64,000 bases of DNA from Anaeromyxobacteraceae bacterium (GTDB lineage Bacteria > Myxococcota > Myxococcia > Myxococcales > Anaeromyxobacteraceae). Below the pieces are notes generated by a model that did not search any database, was not told where the DNA came from, and saw nothing but the letters and a program-made list of their open reading frames with translations. The stretch lies in the NCBI GenBank assembly GCA_035656915.1, contig DASRRJ010000018.1, positions 49,816 to 113,815 of the forward strand, in the 5' to 3' direction. Shown here piece by piece: positions 61,962 through 64,000 of this stretch; the stretch's first letter is position 1, and the number at the start of each line of letters is the position of its first letter. The position numbers and the translations under genes are program-made.

Positions 61962-62429
61962 ATGAACGAGGCGAACACGATTGCTGCTGGTACCGCTGTT
62001 CACATCCACCAGGACGAGGGCGAGGCATTCCGGCTGGGACCCCTGGAAATCCTCGTGAAGGAGAACGGCGCGGGGACGCGGATGAATCTGGCGGTGGCCG
62101 AATTTCGCGGGAGCTCGTTCCGAATCCCGCCGCACGTCCACACCGAGCACGACGAAACGATCTACGTCCTGGAGGGTGGGATGGGGGTGAATCTCGGAGA
62201 CCAGACGTTCACTGCCACCGCGGGCAGCTCGTTCACGATCCCCGTCAATGTTCCGCATGCGATCTGGAACGAGAGTGGAGCCCGGGCGCGCTTCCTCAAC
62301 ATCATCGTCGCCGCGCGCTACCTCGACTACTTCCGTGAGATGGCTGCGGCAGCGACTACGGGTCTGCCGCCGCCGGGCGTGATCGCGCGGGTCATGGGGC
62401 ACTACGGGCTCCGGCCTGTGACGCAGTAG
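61962..62429 (+). CDS. Cupin-domain protein
   Basis: GGAGGG SD. Cupin motifs are G(X)5HxH(X)3,4E(X)6G (PPHVHTEHDETIYVLEGGMG) and a second His at P..VPHAI. Confidence 0.8.
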   Translation: MNEANTIAAGTAVHIHQDEGEAFRLGPLEILVKENGAGTRMNLAVAEFRGSSFRIPPHVHTEHDETIYVLEGGMGVNLGDQTFTATAGSSFTIPVNVPHAIWNESGARARFLNIIVAARYLDYFREMAAAATTGLPPPGVIARVMGHYGLRPVTQ

Positions 62430-62820
62430 CCGATTTCCGATCCCCTGCGCACGCGGCATGGCGACGGCGGACGCCAGCAGGCCCGCTCGCGCAGACCCGC
62501 GGAGCCGCCATACTTCGCGAGCTGCTCCTCGTGAATGAGGAGCACCTCTTCGACGTCGAGAAAGGCGGGTCGGTCACTTCGCGAGCTTCCGGAGGGTGGC
62601 GTCGTGCGTCGCCATCGCGCGCTGCACGGCGGCCTTCACCCTGGCTCGCTTGGCGCCGCGGATGGGCTCGATGATGAGCCGGGACCCATCCGTGCGCATC
62701 TCGAGCTCGGTCTCGCGGTCGATGGTCCAGGAGCTCGAGGATGGGCTTCTCTCGGGACGCTGCCGTCAGCGGCCTGGCGGGGGTGCGCTGTCCCGCACGT
62801 GCCTGGGCTCTCCGGTCGGG

Positions 62821-62849
62821 TTGACGCATCGCTATGACATAGCTATGCT
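62821..62849 (+). promoter_or_regulatory. Sigma70-like promoter (TTGACG-17 nt-TATGCT) overlapping a perfect palindrome GCTATGaCATAGC upstream of brnT
   Basis: Read in the sequence. The -35 box is at 62821-62826, the palindrome at 62831-62843 and the -10 box at 62844-62849. It lies in a locally lower-GC region, 62 nt upstream of the brnT ATG. Confidence 0.45.
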
Positions 62850-62910
62850 CTGGTCAGTGAAGCTGGTCACCGAACCAGACGTCGCCCCTTGGCTGGGCAA
62901 GCATCCCGCC

Positions 62911-63180
62911 ATGGATTGGGACGCCGGGAACAGCACGAAGAGCCAGGCGAAGCATGGGTTCAGCACTGGCGACGTGGAGTCCCTGCTCGATGCGCCGGTG
63001 CTCTTCGCCGGTCGCATCGTCGAGCCGGCGCATGAGGAGGCACGTTACCTGCTCCTCGGCGTGACCGCCAGCGGTCGCCGTGCGGCCCTGATCTTCGCGC
63101 GCCGCGGCGACACGCTTCGGCCGATCAGCTGCCGCGCGATGCGGAAGAAGGAGAAGGAGGCGTACGATGCAGCGACGTAA
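62911..63180 (+). CDS. brnT: BrnT-family toxin (DUF497 ribonuclease toxin)
   Basis: MDWDAGNSTKSQAKHGFSTGDVESLL...ARYLLLGVTASGRRAALIFARRGDTLRPISCRAMRKKEKEAY matches the BrnT pattern (WD..K...N..KHG.SF.E...; RIISAR...E...Y). An in-frame alternative ATG at 62845 lies inside the promoter, so it is less likely. Confidence 0.7.
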   Translation: MDWDAGNSTKSQAKHGFSTGDVESLLDAPVLFAGRIVEPAHEEARYLLLGVTASGRRAALIFARRGDTLRPISCRAMRKKEKEAYDAAT

Positions 63181-63436
63181 GACCACGGGCGCGCGGAAGA
63201 TGAAGAACGCGGCCACTCACCGCGACGCCACACTGCGCGAGTTCGAGAAGCAGGACCTCGGCGATGACATCGCGGCGGCGGGGACGGCCGTCGTGGTCCG
63301 TCCGCAGCGACCGACGTCCATCCTGCTCAGCGACGAGCTCAAGGCTGCGCTTCGGAAGCGCGGTCAGGAACTCGGTGTCGGGTACCAGACCGCCGCCAAG
63401 ATGATCCTCGCCAAGTACGTCAACGCGAAATTGTAG
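63167..63436 (+). CDS. brnA: BrnA-family antitoxin (CopG/RHH-like)
   Basis: GGAGAAGGAGG SD. Its start overlaps the brnT 3' end by 14 nt. The C-terminal RHH-like region is SILLSDELKAALRKRGQELGVGYQTAAKMILAKYV. The toxin-first order is typical of BrnTA. Confidence 0.7.
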   Translation: MQRRKTTGARKMKNAATHRDATLREFEKQDLGDDIAAAGTAVVVRPQRPTSILLSDELKAALRKRGQELGVGYQTAAKMILAKYVNAKL

Positions 63437-63619
63437 CAGGCTAGAGTCACTTGGAGGCGAGCGCGGCGCCGAGCGTCGGGGTTCGCTCGCCACGGCAGCA
63501 GCGGTCGAGGCTGGCCTTGGTGACGCCGAGGGCCTTAGCAACCTGCGTCGAGAGCCTTCATCGCCGGGGATCGTCCGAAAGGCGGGACCGTTCACAAGCT
63601 GAACGAGACTGCCGGTGCT

Positions 63620-63655
63620 CAGGGACCTCGTCAGGGACCTGCTCCGGTCCCTGAC
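63620..63655. repeat. Direct repeat CAGGGACCT x2 and a perfect 10-bp inverted repeat GTCAGGGACC-tgctcc-GGTCCCTGAC (hairpin)
   Basis: Read in the sequence, in the 500-bp non-coding stretch downstream of brnA. No T-tract follows, so it is not a canonical intrinsic terminator. Confidence 0.6.
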
Positions 63656-63945
63656 GAAATCCCGAGTCGAATCATCACGGTAAATGGTGGAGGCGCCGGG
63701 AATCGAAATTTACTGTACGTGAACGGCTAACCTCGCGATGGTGCACGCCTTTCGTCGGGAAAGCCTTCTCGCTCAGTGAGTATCGGTTGTCGGCGTCGTC
63801 CACGGCAGGCAACGCCAGTCGACGTGGATCGGCCTCGGTCTTGGAGACATTCTGGAGACCATGCGTGATCGGTTAGCACGCCCATCCGCGCTTCAAGGTC
63901 GCTCTGCCGACGTTGGGATCCAGCGCTTCTCGTGAGAGGAGACGA

Positions 63946-64000
63946 TGCCATTTCCGGAGCTGCGCCGCATCGGGGACCTCGCCCAGGAGCGCGGCGACAA
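63946..64000 (+). CDS. Start of an unknown protein-coding gene (MPFPELRRIGDLAQERGD...), truncated by the window end
   Basis: The ATG is preceded by GAGAGGAGA. Only 18 codons are visible. Confidence 0.3.

Noticed and set aside
63680-63700. GGGAATCGAA, reminiscent of a tRNA T-loop (possible att or tRNA fragment)
   Set aside because: No complementary T-stem or acceptor stem can be formed. This is insufficient to call a tRNA remnant.

Overview
This is a ~74% GC window, apparently from a Myxococcota (Anaeromyxobacter-like) chromosome. Supporting signs are a MYXO-CTERM-like sorting tail, many 4-nt ATGA/GTGA gene overlaps and an abundance of ECF sigma factors and Ser/Thr kinases. I call about 65 protein-coding genes. 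I found no rRNA, tRNA or CRISPR array. Most long ORFs on the opposite strand of the called genes are GC-rich shadow ORFs with low-complexity Arg/Pro/Gly translations, and I rejected them.

The strongest candidate for an undescribed system is a translationally coupled operon at 37080-43497. It runs STAS antagonist, GT2 cellulose-synthase-like glycosyltransferase, two paralogous large-domain proteins (DUF3131-like by my recollection, the second fused to an outer-membrane beta-barrel ending in ...NWAF), then a GH16 endo-glucanase lipoprotein. A convergent GH3/PA14 beta-glucosidase with a MYXO-CTERM tail follows at 43373-46360. Together these look like a split beta-glucan synthesis, export and remodelling machine.

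Other notable items:
- a Tgt-MnmC-like fusion followed by a small Arg/Gly-rich protein with a perfect SD and TTG start
- a 1007-aa NfnA-NfnB-Zn-ribbon-rubrerythrin-like fusion, followed by a Ser/Thr kinase, an ECF sigma factor and a small membrane protein
- a PerR/Fur-rubrerythrin-Fe-S oxidoreductase-DUF3501 oxidative-stress module with a perfect palindromic operator candidate
- two tandem paralogous PilZ proteins
- a RIO-type kinase with a 42-bp tandem repeat in a low-complexity tail
- a BNR/sialidase-like protein ATGA-coupled to a MoaD/ThiS-like GG-terminated protein
- a 22-Cys small lipoprotein next to an unusual HAD-phosphatase-HerA-like ATPase fusion
- a lower-GC right end (about 62.4-64 kb) carrying a BrnT/BrnA toxin-antitoxin pair with a sigma70-like promoter overlapping a perfect palindrome.

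The coordinates come from the ORF track; Pfam/DUF identifications are from memory and not searched. Over 15.9-16.8 kb my own position count ran 1 nt off the ORF track, so positions there are accurate only to +/-1.
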